Shown here piece after piece: positions 1-11,578 of a DNA stretch of 64,000 nt. Position numbers and translations under genes: made by a program. The stretch is from a virus (lineage: Duplodnaviria; Caudoviricetes): IMG/VR virus record IMGVR_UViG_3300035501_000922. One strand, 5' to 3'. Positions within the stretch are counted from its first letter, which is position 1; each line of letters opens with the position of its first letter. The notes under the pieces were generated by a model. That model had not been told where the DNA came from, did no database searches, and saw only the letters and a list, made by a program, of their open reading frames with translations.

Positions 1-3000
1 GTCCTGTAAGAATATTACCGGTAATTGGCATATAGTCACTATGTGTATGATTTGTCGTATAGTCTTTTAAATTTGTTCCGTCATAATAATAGCATGGGTG
101 GTCAGCACTTAAAGATAACTGATATACTGTACTATACGTTTGTCCTAGATATATATAATAGTAACCAGCGGTTAATGTCTGCGTTATACAATTGGTAGTT
201 GGGCTAAAGTAATTATTTGAATCCAACGTTCCTTCTAAGTAAATAGGAGAATTTCCTGTAAAAGCAGTCGTTGTGCAGTTAGTTGAATATCTTAAATCGA
301 GAGACGCAACTTTACTGTATATGGCATATGTACTGCTAACAAGATTACCTACAGTCGCACTATTATTACCTCCGTAATAATATATAACTGCGGGTATTTT
401 AAATTTTGCAGTTGTGTTTATTCCCTTACTAGTTCCAGTTCCGCTTGATGTGACAAACGATTGGAACTGTCCATTGCTGTCTAATGCAATTAGTGTATAA
501 TTCCAAATTCCATTAGTACCTGCATACACTCGTCCATTTTCGTTTCTTAACATATGTACTGTATCAGCATAATAGGCTTTGTTTAACCACCAACCAGTGT
601 ATGACGTACCACTGATTGTTACAGTTTGGTATGTAAGCACCATTGTATTATTTGCACCGACATGTGTAGTAAGTCTCGATGTACTACTATAGTAGCAATT
701 AATTGCTCCTGTAGTACTTCCATCTTTAAGGGTAAGATTTAATGTGGCATTACCGCTTCCAGCATAAGGTAACCAATATATGATAGTCAACCCATTATAC
801 AATTTACTTATTTCACTACTGGTTCCTGTCCATGCACCTGTTGATGATGTTTGTGTACCTGCAACAAAAGGTAACAAGTAATTATGTGTGTGGTCAACTG
901 TAGCTGCATAAGTTTTATAGTTACCTGAATGTAATGCCCAGTAGTTTGTATTGCTCCACGTAGATGTGTCAGAATTATATGATGGTACTGAAATGAGTAT
1001 ACTGCTATTTCCAGCTTTCGTGGTTGAATTGTATCCAGTAGATATATATGTTTCACCAGTATGATGTGTACTAGCTCCTGAAGCTGCGCCTATCCACAAA
1101 TTAGTAGTATTGTCATGAATACCAGCATACACAGCCCCAGTTTTATCTTTTAACCAATAACCTAAACCAGACGAATTCATAGCTAGATTACCGGTAATAG
1201 CAGTTGAACCAGATAAAGGTATATAGCTATGGGTATGAGATGCTGCAGCAGCACCTATATCATCCAATGTCCATGATACATTAGCACTGCCATCAAATGA
1301 TTTAGCATATTTACCAATCGTTAACGTACGTGCTGTTTCTAACTTTGTTGAGGTATCTGCATTACCTACCAATGCACCATAGAATTTATTAGAAACCATC
1401 CCATTATACTTACTATCTAATGTATGCCAAACCGTGGGAGAAGAAACCGTAGCAGTATAATCAGTATATTTTGTAACAGTAAGATTAGCAGTGCCAATAC
1501 TTATTAAATGACAATTTATTTTTACAGTAGTTGCAGAATTATAGCTAAATTTACTGTATACTTCGACATAACAACTTGTATCGTTATTTTTAACTAATCT
1601 AATTGAAAAATCGGAGTTACTTACATATCCGCATGCACCCACTTGTGTTATTAATCCACTATTATAACCTACACCTATTAAAAATGTATTTTCAACAACC
1701 TGATATGCCTGGGAAAATTGACATGTGAGTAAGTAGTTAGCGTATCCTCCTGAAAGAAAGCATATTCTTGACCATTCACCAATAGTTGTTGTTACCGTCC
1801 ATGATGTTCCTGCTTTAGTTGCAGTAGCAGCATTTCCGGTAATACTTATTCCCCATGTACCACTTGCACCTGTTCCAGTTAAAGGTGTATAATCAGAAAA
1901 TTTCTTACCTGTCGTAGTAATGGTTCCATCATTTAAATAAACTGGTGTATCTGTGCTGCCAACGGTTGTATCAGATGCCTTAGCAACACCGCTTGAAATA
2001 TAAGTGAGCTTTGTTGCTGACCCAGCTGAACCTATTTTATCAGCCATATATGACCATAATGAGCTCACAGGTCTTCTAACATATGATGTAGTAGTTGTTC
2101 CACCATTCACAGACTGTGAAATGAAATAATCAGCATCAACAGGTGCAGCAGTACCCGTTGTTAATGAATTTATAAATGAATTAGCTGCTGCATTTAATGT
2201 CGTTTGTCCAGTTCCGCCGTACGAAACACCTAGTGTTCCAGCGTCTATGGCAGAAGAGCCGTCATACGTTTTACCATTGATTGACAATGAATTTGAAACT
2301 TTTGTTGCTGTACCTGATAAATCGCCACTAAAAGTACTACTTATTGTGCCTGATACAGTTAATATACTTCCATCACTTCTTAATGTTTGACCAGTCGTAT
2401 TGCTGCTTGAACCTTTAGGTATTAATAATAAACCTGTTACACCAGTTATACCTTTAATACCAAGAAGACCTGCAGAATTTACATCACCGATCGCAACATC
2501 ATCACCCACAGTATTAAGTGTACCATTTGCAAATGTCAATGCTCCAGTTAACTTACCACCTGCGAGCGGTAAGTATGTACTGTGAGTGTGGTCAGTGGTA
2601 GCCGCTCCAATATTGCTGGGGGTACAATATGTTGTGTAGTTTTCATTATGAAGAACAGTTTTCCAGTCTTGCCATGTACCTGAACTCTGACCTCTATAAT
2701 ATAATCCTCCTCTACCAACAGCTAATTGCACATCCCATCCCCCATTATTATCCCAGTCAAAATGTAATATATTAGAATCTACTGGGGGTTTACCTTCTGT
2801 CATTGAAGATGTAGCTAAGAAATGGAACATTGTACCAAGTCCATTAGCACTTGTAGTGAGGTTAGCGGATGTAGGTCTACTACTGCTATATGCTAAAGCT
2901 AAATAAGTATGTGTATGATTTCCTAATGATACAGTAGTTGATGTTGTACCTGTTGGTAGTCTTCCTATAGCTACTGTTCCTGATGATAGATTACTAGCGT

Positions 3001-3121
3001 TTAATGAAGTTAAACTGGCTCCTGACCCACTAAATTCTGTTGCGGTTACAGCGCCATTTATATTTATGCCGTTTAAAAAACATGATGAACCTTTTACAAA
3101 TAAATCATTTAATTGTGCCAT
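1..3121 (-). CDS. Long tail fibre protein (partial; runs off window start; absent from ORF track)
   Basis: ATG at 3121 after GAAGGTGA RBS; reads MAQLNDLFVKGSSCFLNG...; T/S/G-rich with HTHxYLPLxGG repeats; shares modules with 5670..11549. Confidence 0.8.
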   Translation of the reverse strand, partial: MAQLNDLFVKGSSCFLNGININGAVTATEFSGSGASLTSLNASNLSSGTVAIGRLPTGTTSTTVSLGNHTHTYLALAYSSSRPTSANLTTSANGLGTMFHFLATSSMTEGKPPVDSNILHFDWDNNGGWDVQLAVGRGGLYYRGQSSGTWQDWKTVLHNENYTTYCTPSNIGAATTDHTHSTYLPLAGGKLTGALTFANGTLNTVGDDVAIGDVNSAGLLGIKGITGVTGLLLIPKGSSSNTTGQTLRSDGSILTVSGTISSTFSGDLSGTATKVSNSLSINGKTYDGSSAIDAGTLGVSYGGTGQTTLNAAANSFINSLTTGTAAPVDADYFISQSVNGGTTTTSYVRRPVSSLWSYMADKIGSAGSATKLTYISSGVAKASDTTVGSTDTPVYLNDGTITTTGKKFSDYTPLTGTGASGTWGISITGNAATATKAGTSWTVTTTIGEWSRICFLSGGYANYLLTCQFSQAYQVVENTFLIGVGYNSGLITQVGACGYVSNSDFSIRLVKNNDTSCYVEVYSKFSYNSATTVKINCHLISIGTANLTVTKYTDYTATVSSPTVWHTLDSKYNGMVSNKFYGALVGNADTSTKLETARTLTIGKYAKSFDGSANVSWTLDDIGAAAASHTHSYIPLSGSTAITGNLAMNSSGLGYWLKDKTGAVYAGIHDNTTNLWIGAASGASTHHTGETYISTGYNSTTKAGNSSILISVPSYNSDTSTWSNTNYWALHSGNYKTYAATVDHTHNYLLPFVAGTQTSSTGAWTGTSSEISKLYNGLTIIYWLPYAGSGNATLNLTLKDGSTTGAINCYYSSTSRLTTHVGANNTMVLTYQTVTISGTSYTGWWLNKAYYADTVHMLRNENGRVYAGTNGIWNYTLIALDSNGQFQSFVTSSGTGTSKGINTTAKFKIPAVIYYYGGNNSATVGNLVSSTYAIYSKVASLDLRYSTNCTTTAFTGNSPIYLEGTLDSNNYFSPTTNCITQTLTAGYYYIYLGQTYSTVYQLSLSADHPCYYYDGTNLKDYTTNHTHSDYMPITGNILTG

Positions 3122-3140
3122 TATATCACCTTCTTATTTC

Positions 3141-3740
3141 TTAAGTTTCATATATGTCAGTAGACACAATAATGTTTTTAAATATTTTACATATTCTTTT
3201 TTCAGATAAATTATCTATTCTTACGTAGAAGTCTAGTATAGTAGTTACTGTTTTACTACCGAATCCCGGTATACCATTACTAAATTTACTATATGAACCA
3301 ACAGCACACCACCAGTTTCCGGTAGATGTTGATACAGCACATAGTGTATTACCACTACATTTAACAAGACCACCTTGACCGTTAGTGATGTTAGTGTAGT
3401 CGGTAACTGATGTAGTATTTGTTGGATTATTACTTTGTGACCACCTGTATACAGTATCCTCACTTATATCAGGTTGTATTGCCATAAATTCAAATAAGTT
3501 ATCACTATTTCTGAAGTTTTCAAGTAGATTCAATCTTGAATATAAATCATCAGTTTGTATATTCATTACATTAGAAGATGTAAAAAGGACAGTACCGGAA
3601 TGATTATTGTGATGTAAAATTCTTGCCCATATAGAGTTATCAGTCTCTAGTGTATAAATTGGTATGTCTATAGCATTAGTAATATTATTAAACATATCTG
3701 ATACTTTTACAACACCATTTTTATAGTAATTAACGCTCAT
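3141..3740 (-). CDS. Tail-associated protein, fibrinogen C-terminal-like domain
   Basis: WARILHH...LYSRL...FEF...YRWSQ..NP...NWWCAVG pattern; lies between fibre genes. Confidence 0.55.
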   Translation of the reverse strand: MSVNYYKNGVVKVSDMFNNITNAIDIPIYTLETDNSIWARILHHNNHSGTVLFTSSNVMNIQTDDLYSRLNLLENFRNSDNLFEFMAIQPDISEDTVYRWSQSNNPTNTTSVTDYTNITNGQGGLVKCSGNTLCAVSTSTGNWWCAVGSYSKFSNGIPGFGSKTVTTILDFYVRIDNLSEKRICKIFKNIIVSTDIYET

Positions 3741-3741
3741 A

Positions 3742-5526
3742 CTAATCCTCCACTATTTCTTTTGCATAAAGATTACCACTGCTATCAATAGAAATAGATG
3801 ATTGATATAATTTCATTACATCATCATCAGAGAGTGCAGTAGCATATAAACGAAAATCAGACAGATTATAATCAGACGCTGTGTAATTTTTATTACCTAT
3901 AAAATAAGTATTATGCTTTGATAAATACGTCGTATTTATTTTACTATCAACAGCAGTGTATTTAAGAGTACCATTTACATAATATTTGGCCGTGGTTGTA
4001 TCAATATCCCATACTATTGTATATAAATACCATTCACCTAGATTAGGAGTAAAAGCAAATGTGTTACTGCAACAGTCCATTATTACAGCGGTACTGCCAG
4101 TTGAACCTATTATTATAGCATCACTTTCTTTTCCCGTCCAGTTATAAGCACTTGCGAAAAATATATAATTTCTCCATGTACTATCTGATGAATTTCTTTT
4201 AATCCATATAGATACTGTACCTTGTGGTATGTTTTCGAATGCAATATTCTTAGTTGTAATATACCTTTTTGCTGTAGTATCAAAGTAATAACTACCACTG
4301 TATACTGGACTATCACTTGTCCATGCTGGCCTATCACTACTTATCGTACCATTATTTTTTAATCCAGATGTATCATATTCCGTAGTATCATTTAAACCGA
4401 GTGTTGTATATAAGTCATCAGTAGGTGCAGGACACCATCGGGTTGCTTTGTCTCCTTTTTCAAGTTTAAAATTCCATATTTCAACTCCAATAGGGGTTTC
4501 TGATGTGGTACTTACACTGTGACGTAAAGGTCTAAAAGCAAAATACCTAGTATCTGAGAAGGTTTTAGCTGCTAAATAATAAACGAAATGACCTTCTGTA
4601 GAACTTCCACCATAGGTTTCGTATGGTGCTTGAGTACTCCACATATCTGCAGTATAATTAGTACCTGCCCCAGTGCCAATTCCACAACCAGCTTTAGCAG
4701 GAGCATCAGTTAATTTGTAATCAAAACTTAATGTATAATCTTGCCCTGATTCTACAGGAATACTTTTTAACCATGTATATTGTGTACCACTAGCCCATGT
4801 ATCAGTGCCATATGCACTGGTAGATGATTTTGTATATTTTTGTATTGTATTTAACGCTAAGTTTTCATTACCAAATCCGTAGTGATTTAATGGGTAATGC
4901 ATAATTAGCGCTTTACTAATATCGGATAATTCTTTTTGTGATAAACAGTGGTCATATATTCTTACGTCATTAATAAGACCATTAAAATAACCATAATGCC
5001 CTCCTTGGGTATTATGTCCGATTAAAAACTTTGTCGTTCCGGGTAACCAATCAAATGATAATGTATATGTTGTATTTAGTACTCCATCTAAGTATCCTTT
5101 ATATTCCTTCGTTTCATTATCATATGTTAATGTCACATGATGCCATTCATTAAGAGGAAGAGCTTCGGTCAACATCTGTTTTTCTGAACTATAACCATTA
5201 GCCATTAGATTTGCATATATGAGTCCCGTAGTTCTATACCCTATACCTATTCCAAATAATTGATATCCATTAGAACATAATAGTCCCGTATGTGATGATG
5301 GAAGTTCTCTACTATATACCCATAAGCACAAAGAAAATGATGAGTCTTCTTCAAAAATATCAGCTGAAGTTGCATTCAGCGTCATATACTTACTACCAGT
5401 AAAATCATAACATTTTCCTATTTTTCCACTTTCAGATACTGCAGTAGAACCTTGATTTACAGTATATGTAGTTAATCCATAATTATCTAAAGTTCCATCT
5501 AAAGGAAGCCATACTTGTAATGACAT
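3742..5526 (-). CDS. LamG/concanavalin-like double-domain tail (receptor-binding) protein
   Basis: Two LamG domains (WHHVTLTYD...YLDG...FNGLINDVRIYDHCLS; WYLYTIVWD...YVNG...DFRLYATALS) around a KLEKGDKATRWCPAP module; start at MSLQV after GGAGG. Confidence 0.8.
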   Translation of the reverse strand: MSLQVWLPLDGTLDNYGLTTYTVNQGSTAVSESGKIGKCYDFTGSKYMTLNATSADIFEEDSSFSLCLWVYSRELPSSHTGLLCSNGYQLFGIGIGYRTTGLIYANLMANGYSSEKQMLTEALPLNEWHHVTLTYDNETKEYKGYLDGVLNTTYTLSFDWLPGTTKFLIGHNTQGGHYGYFNGLINDVRIYDHCLSQKELSDISKALIMHYPLNHYGFGNENLALNTIQKYTKSSTSAYGTDTWASGTQYTWLKSIPVESGQDYTLSFDYKLTDAPAKAGCGIGTGAGTNYTADMWSTQAPYETYGGSSTEGHFVYYLAAKTFSDTRYFAFRPLRHSVSTTSETPIGVEIWNFKLEKGDKATRWCPAPTDDLYTTLGLNDTTEYDTSGLKNNGTISSDRPAWTSDSPVYSGSYYFDTTAKRYITTKNIAFENIPQGTVSIWIKRNSSDSTWRNYIFFASAYNWTGKESDAIIIGSTGSTAVIMDCCSNTFAFTPNLGEWYLYTIVWDIDTTTAKYYVNGTLKYTAVDSKINTTYLSKHNTYFIGNKNYTASDYNLSDFRLYATALSDDDVMKLYQSSISIDSSGNLYAKEIVED

Positions 5527-5588
5527 ATTTTCAACCTCCTTATAATAAAAACTAAGTAGATGATACACATCTACTTATTTTGTGATTT

Positions 5589-5600
5589 TAATACATTGTT
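5589..5600 (-). promoter_or_regulatory. Late-type phage promoter AACA-N6-TA
   Basis: AACA ATGTAT TA upstream of LamG gene; motif recurs before about 12 late-type genes. Confidence 0.65.
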
Positions 5601-5633
5601 TTTTTGGGGTTATTTTAGACGCCTCAATAAATA

Positions 5634-5666
5634 AAAGAGAGAACGGTAAATAAACCGTTCTCTCTA
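5634..5666. terminator. Intrinsic terminator hairpin
   Basis: AGAGAGAACGGT/ACCGTTCTCTCT inverted repeat after fibre stop, T-run on minus strand. Confidence 0.75.
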
Positions 5667-5669
5667 TTC

Positions 5670-8600
5670 TTATGCAAAAATAAAGTTTAAACATCCTTCA
5701 TCAGAGTCATATTCTAATGATACTGAATCTGCAATATTTACTTTTCCTCCAGTACTAATACTACCGGTAGCACCAATACCACCAGATGTTGTTATAGCAC
5801 CTGTAGTAGATGATGTTGAATCAGTACCGTTAGTACTTTTAATTTCTTTGCTAGTTGTATTTCCTCTTGTTGTTACTGTTTCTAGTGTATCACTCTCTGT
5901 AATAGTTGCAGTAGATGTTGTACCGTCACCTTTAGTAACTGTAATAGTTTTTCCAGAGGCTGAAATAGATTTTATATATGTAGTATTAATTTGTTGTCCT
6001 GCGGAATCCTTAGTAGCATTAGTAGCAGTACCAGATAGATTGCCATAAAAATATGAAGTTGCCTTTATATTAGGAGCAATAAAGTATACTGCTTCTTCTC
6101 CTGCTTGTCCAACTAATGTTAACGAGGCAGGTGCTTGTATTGCATCATAATCTGTAAATACCAACTGGCAACCTTGGTCACCGTTAGCATTCATAAATTG
6201 AATTTTTGGGTTTGTGCTATCAAAAGCATTTGACGAAGACGTTCCACCTTTAATTGATATGCCACCGTTAGCATTTAATAAACCTGTTAGAGTACCACCC
6301 GATAGAGGCAAATAGCTGTGTGTATGTCCTTCAACAGATACTTTCGTATTTCCACTATAAAGTATACCGTTAGTATCAAGAACTTTATAATTAGTACCGG
6401 TACTTCCTAGTGTTCTGTTAGGAGTCCAATAGAACGTTCCGTTGTTATCCCACATACTATCTACAGTATCAGAACCTCTATACCATTGCAAACCTTCCCC
6501 TGCGCTATCACAATTATCTGAGAATAGGATACTGTTAACACCAAAGATATCACTATTGTTTAAATTCAGTGCACCATCACGAGCGTCAGTATACATACTT
6601 CCTTTAAGATTAAGAACACCAGTCATTGTTCCACCTGAGAGAGGCAGGTAACTATGAGTATGAGATGATGCTGCAGCACCCAATGAACTAACAGTTATTA
6701 CATTACTCCAGTTAGTACCAGTTAAAATTCTTGTCCAAGGAGCTACCCATGCGGTATCATTATCTACTGAACCACCTTTTCTAGAACGTATCCACAAATC
6801 TGTAGTTCCAGCCTTATTAGCAATTTGGGTTTGCCACATATTAGATGATGACACAGTGAATGACATATTAATGAAATGGTGCCAGTCAGTTTGACCATTA
6901 GGGTTAACGTACGCAGGTGTTGTAATGTCTGTATTATTCAACTGAGCCATTCCGATAGAATTACCGAATGTTGCTACAGTATTCATATTAGTACTACCGA
7001 CACTACTTTTATCATAAACATACCTTCCATCAGTACCCATCTCAGCAAAAGTCCATGACACGTTTGAACTACCGTCAAACGTTTTACCAGTATTACCGAT
7101 AGTTAATGTACGTGCTGTTTGCAGTTTCGTTGCTGTGTCAGCATTACCTACTAATGCACCAGTGAACGTCGTAGAGTAAACATTTTTCCATTTAATTGAA
7201 CTAGAGCCTAAGCTCTTAGAATTATTACCCCTAGGAACTATATCTCCCCACATAGCCCCTGAGCTAATACCATAATCAAGAACTTCTGTATATGCATATG
7301 CAGATACTGTTGCGTAATCATCACTATCACTTGTAACTTCTTCAATGCTTGTTATTCCAATTGTACTATATACTGTTACGGTACCTTGTGTGCTTAATAA
7401 TGTACCACCACTGTTAGTTGATGCTCGGTATCCATGTAGTTTTAAATAAAAAATCTGTGTCGATGCGTTTGGTTGATAAACACCAAGAAGATTGTTATAA
7501 TTATAAGAAGTAGACCTTATATATAATTTCTGAGCTCTATCATAAATATCAATAAACGTTGTACCTGCAATATTATCATAATTCGCTTTTACAAAAAGTC
7601 TTATCATACCAGTAAAGTATGTTGCACTGCCGCTCAATGTTAACTTAACATATACATTATCGGTTGTTGTAAAATTGCATGTTTTATAATCTGCATATAA
7701 AAATGTATTATTAAGTGAATGGAACCCATCAACAGTATCACTATCGGATGGTAGTGTTACTGTTTTAAGATTAACAGCAGTTACTCTACCGTACGAATCA
7801 GTTGTTACAGTGTCTATAGCATTAAACGTTCCTGAAGCTTTGGGGCTTACAGTAGAAGTATTGTTAGTTCTTGTAACAGTTGCTAAACTAAAAGTTGTAC
7901 TAGATAAACTCAAACCAGTACCTGCAGAATAGGTAGTATCAGAATAGAGTCTCTTCATCCAGCTTCCCCATGTACTTGTACTTGTGGCGTATGTGCGTTT
8001 ATAGCTGATATTGGCATTATCAGGTTCCCATATTTGAAAAGGTGTACCAACGGTAAAATCTACATACAATGTACCATGATTTGTAGTTGCTTGATTAGTA
8101 CCACTCGTAAATTTTATATGATATACACCTGTAGTAGTAATTGTGTTGAAATCCGTAGCAGTACTAATAGTTTTTTCAAGTAAGTAGGGATGCTCTGATG
8201 TAGCATGGGTGTATGCAGTATTCCAGTTACTAAGTTGAGTAGATGATAAAGAAATGCCATCATCACTATATTCTCTTATTGCACCGTTTTTATACCAATA
8301 AGTTGGTTTATCTGTCGAAAGATATATACAATAAGTGTTATACGAATCACCGATGTAAATGTATACATACCCATCATCTTCTATAGGGAGTGTTTGAGTA
8401 TACCATGTATCATCAAGATAAAAAAGACCATCTGTTCCTATAGTTCCCTTTAGATAAACTGAGCTATAAGCTGTTAATGTTGTACCACAGTTTGACGAAT
8501 ACCTAAAATCTATGGGTAAATTTGAATAAATTGCACTAGAGGCTGTTCTATTACCAGATGTAATATTACTACCGCCACTATAAAATAAAACCTTGTCGTA

Positions 8601-11549
8601 TCTGAATCCTACTGTATTTTTAGTTTTGCTAGTACCGGTACCTGATGTAGTTGTTAATGATTGCCAAGTACCACTACTATCTTGCATAATTAATGATGAT
8701 TGCATTATACCATTAGTGCCTGCAGGAGCTTGGAAACTAGCCCATATGAGTCTATCAATTGTATTATCATCACCAGATTCTCTAAGACCATTGTTACAAC
8801 CATCGTATTCAGCATAACCGGAATAATTCGTAGAACCTGTACCACTTATTGCAGAGTAGAGCTGCAGTGTATCAGTCATAGATACAGTGCAGTTATTAGC
8901 CTCAATAATCTGTATTTTAAAAGTTCTTGGATAAGACGATGAAGTTGGATTTGTGGAGTTTCTTAAACCCACACCTAATGCGTGACCATATCCATTTGTA
9001 AAACCTGTGTTTGTTAATGTATACAATACATGATAGTACAAGGTTCTATATGACGTGCTATAATGTGCATTAGTACATTTATAAATGGTTCTTCCCGCTT
9101 GTGAGCCCCATAACTCAACTTCAAAATGACCATTGTAATTACCTTGGTCTGGTACATATGCGGTTATCTGATATTTAATATGCCATTCCTTATACCAATC
9201 ATCAGGAACTATAGATGCAAAATAAAATGTAGCACTAGCAAAGTTATTTGCAGATGCATAAATTCCTGTATAGGTTTTTTCTGCAATTATATGGTTATGG
9301 TCGTTTTTAGATGCACCAATATCATCTAAAGTAAAACTGATTCCAGTACCTGCTCCGCCTAGCGATTTAGAGGTATTGCCTATTGTAATTGTAGAAGGAA
9401 TCATATTTTTACAAACTGCTATCGACCCATCATCGGAACCACCGAGATAAACTTTACGTGCGTATGAGCCACCATCATAGTTTAAATATAGGTCACCAAT
9501 AGAATTACTGGTGGTAAGACCGTCGATGTGTCTTGTAAGTAGTCTGCTCTCAGCAGTACTACCATTATAAGATATGGTTACATAGTTTTTGAATGTCTTA
9601 TGACCTGATATATTCTGGTTAGAATGAATATAAACTAAATCTTCAGGAGCAGGTGTCCATTGTGTAGCTCTGGTTCCTTTCTCAACCTTTATGTCCTTAA
9701 TATATATTAACGGATTGCTTGAACTAGGTAAAAAATCTACAAACTGGTAACTAGTATTGTCGTAGTACTTAGTGGGTGTCCATGTTAATACGAAATAAGC
9801 GTATGTCGTAGTTAAATTGCATTTTAAATTAGTACCATCACATATATCAACGGTTAGAGTTGCTGTATCCGATCCTGTTTTGGCATAGAAACTAACAGTA
9901 TATGGAACCGCCTCTGTAATAATGTTATATAGTCTTAACTGGTCAGTGGCATTTGCTGCTATTTGAAAGCCATTTATGGTTAAATCTCTAGTCGCAGCAG
10001 CATTAGCATAATACTTGGTAGTTGTGCTATACAGATTTCGTCCACCAATTGTTAGCCCTTCAATTTTATCATTTAAGATTTTACCTTGATTTGCAGAAAG
10101 TGAATCTGTTGTGCTTGTGCTTGTAAGAACATCTTGTATACCTCTCCATGTATCAGTGAATTTTGCATTGGACGGAACAGATGCTTCTAGCGTATAAGTA
10201 CATGCTTTAGCAACACCACTTGAAATATAAACAGGGTTAGTTTCTGAACCGGCTGAACCTATTTTACCAGCCATGTATGCCCATAGTGAGCTCACGGGTC
10301 TTCTGTGGTATGTTGTAGTAGTCGTTCCACCACCAGCATACTGCGAAATGTAATAGTCAGCATCATTGGGTGTGGCAGTACCCGTTGTTAATGAATTTAT
10401 AAATGAAATAGCGGCAGCATTCAGTGATGTTTGACCAGTACCACCATATGCAGCACCGAGTGTTCCAACATCTACAACAGAAGAGCCATTATACGTTTTA
10501 CCGTTAATTGACAACGAATTAGAAACTTTAGTTGCAGTAGCAGCATTTCCGGTAATACTTATTCCCCATGTGCCATTTGCTCCAGTTCCTGTTTTGGTTA
10601 CAGTATAATCAGTGTAGTTGCCTGTATGAAGTGCCAAGTATGATGTCTGACTCCATGTAGAAGAGTCAGAATCATACGACGGTATAGCAATGTAGATACT
10701 ACCATTTCCAGCCTTGCTGCCTGAATCATATCCTGTAGATATATACGTGCTTCCTGTATGATGCGTACCAGCAGAATAAGATGCACCTATCCATAAATTA
10801 GTGCCATTGTCAATAATACCCGCATATAAAGCTCCAGTTTTATCGGTTAAGCAGTAACCTCTATTAGTGGTATTTATACCTAAACCACCAGTAATACTAT
10901 TTGAACCCGTCATAGGAATATAATTATGAGTATGTGATGTTGCAGCAGCGCCTATTTCAGCTAACGTCCATGATACATCAGCACTACCATCAAATGTTTT
11001 CCCTGTACTACCAATTGTTAACTTACGAGCGGTTTTTAATTTAGTAGCAGTATTTATATTACCAATTATATCATTTACAAATCTTGATGAACCTGTTACA
11101 ACTAAATCACCAACATTTTCGCTGTCTGCATATAATTCACTATTTATAGTTGTAATACCGGTTACTGTTCCTCCACTTAATGGAAGATAGTTGTTTAATG
11201 ACGTTTGCAAATCTGTTATATTACTAGTAGTAAGTGACGTCCATGTACCGTCACCTTTTAAAAACTTCGTATTACTACCTGCAGATGGAGCAGGAACAAG
11301 ACCGCTTGTTCCTGCTCCGCTACTTGTAGCTCCAGTCATTGTATTTATACTATTTTTAAAGGCAAGCGAGCCTAATTTATTTAATACGTCTTTTACTGTT
11401 GTTAAAGAAGATATATTACTATTAGTATTTCCAGTAAGTGTAACATCGCTACTTGTCGTTACTGGGAATACCGTAATTATTTTTTGATCACTACCGTTCA
11501 CTTCAATCTTTTTCAATTGGGCATGAACTTCTTGTGATGTTGTTGCCAT
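5670..11549 (-). CDS. Long tail fibre protein, 1959 aa
   Basis: ATKLxTARxLTIG.TGKTFDGS and HTHSYLPLSGG repeats, KVEKGTRATQWTPAPED module. Confidence 0.85.
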   Translation of the reverse strand: MATTSQEVHAQLKKIEVNGSDQKIITVFPVTTSSDVTLTGNTNSNISSLTTVKDVLNKLGSLAFKNSINTMTGATSSGAGTSGLVPAPSAGSNTKFLKGDGTWTSLTTSNITDLQTSLNNYLPLSGGTVTGITTINSELYADSENVGDLVVTGSSRFVNDIIGNINTATKLKTARKLTIGSTGKTFDGSADVSWTLAEIGAAATSHTHNYIPMTGSNSITGGLGINTTNRGYCLTDKTGALYAGIIDNGTNLWIGASYSAGTHHTGSTYISTGYDSGSKAGNGSIYIAIPSYDSDSSTWSQTSYLALHTGNYTDYTVTKTGTGANGTWGISITGNAATATKVSNSLSINGKTYNGSSVVDVGTLGAAYGGTGQTSLNAAAISFINSLTTGTATPNDADYYISQYAGGGTTTTTYHRRPVSSLWAYMAGKIGSAGSETNPVYISSGVAKACTYTLEASVPSNAKFTDTWRGIQDVLTSTSTTDSLSANQGKILNDKIEGLTIGGRNLYSTTTKYYANAAATRDLTINGFQIAANATDQLRLYNIITEAVPYTVSFYAKTGSDTATLTVDICDGTNLKCNLTTTYAYFVLTWTPTKYYDNTSYQFVDFLPSSSNPLIYIKDIKVEKGTRATQWTPAPEDLVYIHSNQNISGHKTFKNYVTISYNGSTAESRLLTRHIDGLTTSNSIGDLYLNYDGGSYARKVYLGGSDDGSIAVCKNMIPSTITIGNTSKSLGGAGTGISFTLDDIGASKNDHNHIIAEKTYTGIYASANNFASATFYFASIVPDDWYKEWHIKYQITAYVPDQGNYNGHFEVELWGSQAGRTIYKCTNAHYSTSYRTLYYHVLYTLTNTGFTNGYGHALGVGLRNSTNPTSSSYPRTFKIQIIEANNCTVSMTDTLQLYSAISGTGSTNYSGYAEYDGCNNGLRESGDDNTIDRLIWASFQAPAGTNGIMQSSLIMQDSSGTWQSLTTTSGTGTSKTKNTVGFRYDKVLFYSGGSNITSGNRTASSAIYSNLPIDFRYSSNCGTTLTAYSSVYLKGTIGTDGLFYLDDTWYTQTLPIEDDGYVYIYIGDSYNTYCIYLSTDKPTYWYKNGAIREYSDDGISLSSTQLSNWNTAYTHATSEHPYLLEKTISTATDFNTITTTGVYHIKFTSGTNQATTNHGTLYVDFTVGTPFQIWEPDNANISYKRTYATSTSTWGSWMKRLYSDTTYSAGTGLSLSSTTFSLATVTRTNNTSTVSPKASGTFNAIDTVTTDSYGRVTAVNLKTVTLPSDSDTVDGFHSLNNTFLYADYKTCNFTTTDNVYVKLTLSGSATYFTGMIRLFVKANYDNIAGTTFIDIYDRAQKLYIRSTSYNYNNLLGVYQPNASTQIFYLKLHGYRASTNSGGTLLSTQGTVTVYSTIGITSIEEVTSDSDDYATVSAYAYTEVLDYGISSGAMWGDIVPRGNNSKSLGSSSIKWKNVYSTTFTGALVGNADTATKLQTARTLTIGNTGKTFDGSSNVSWTFAEMGTDGRYVYDKSSVGSTNMNTVATFGNSIGMAQLNNTDITTPAYVNPNGQTDWHHFINMSFTVSSSNMWQTQIANKAGTTDLWIRSRKGGSVDNDTAWVAPWTRILTGTNWSNVITVSSLGAAASSHTHSYLPLSGGTMTGVLNLKGSMYTDARDGALNLNNSDIFGVNSILFSDNCDSAGEGLQWYRGSDTVDSMWDNNGTFYWTPNRTLGSTGTNYKVLDTNGILYSGNTKVSVEGHTHSYLPLSGGTLTGLLNANGGISIKGGTSSSNAFDSTNPKIQFMNANGDQGCQLVFTDYDAIQAPASLTLVGQAGEEAVYFIAPNIKATSYFYGNLSGTATNATKDSAGQQINTTYIKSISASGKTITVTKGDGTTSTATITESDTLETVTTRGNTTSKEIKSTNGTDSTSSTTGAITTSGGIGATGSISTGGKVNIADSVSLEYDSDEGCLNFIFA

Positions 11550-11578
11550 TATACTTACCTTCTTTCATATAAGATATT

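Noticed and set aside
1-11549. Diversity-generating retroelement acting on tail fibres
   Set aside because: No reverse transcriptase in the window, and differences between repeated blocks are not adenine-specific
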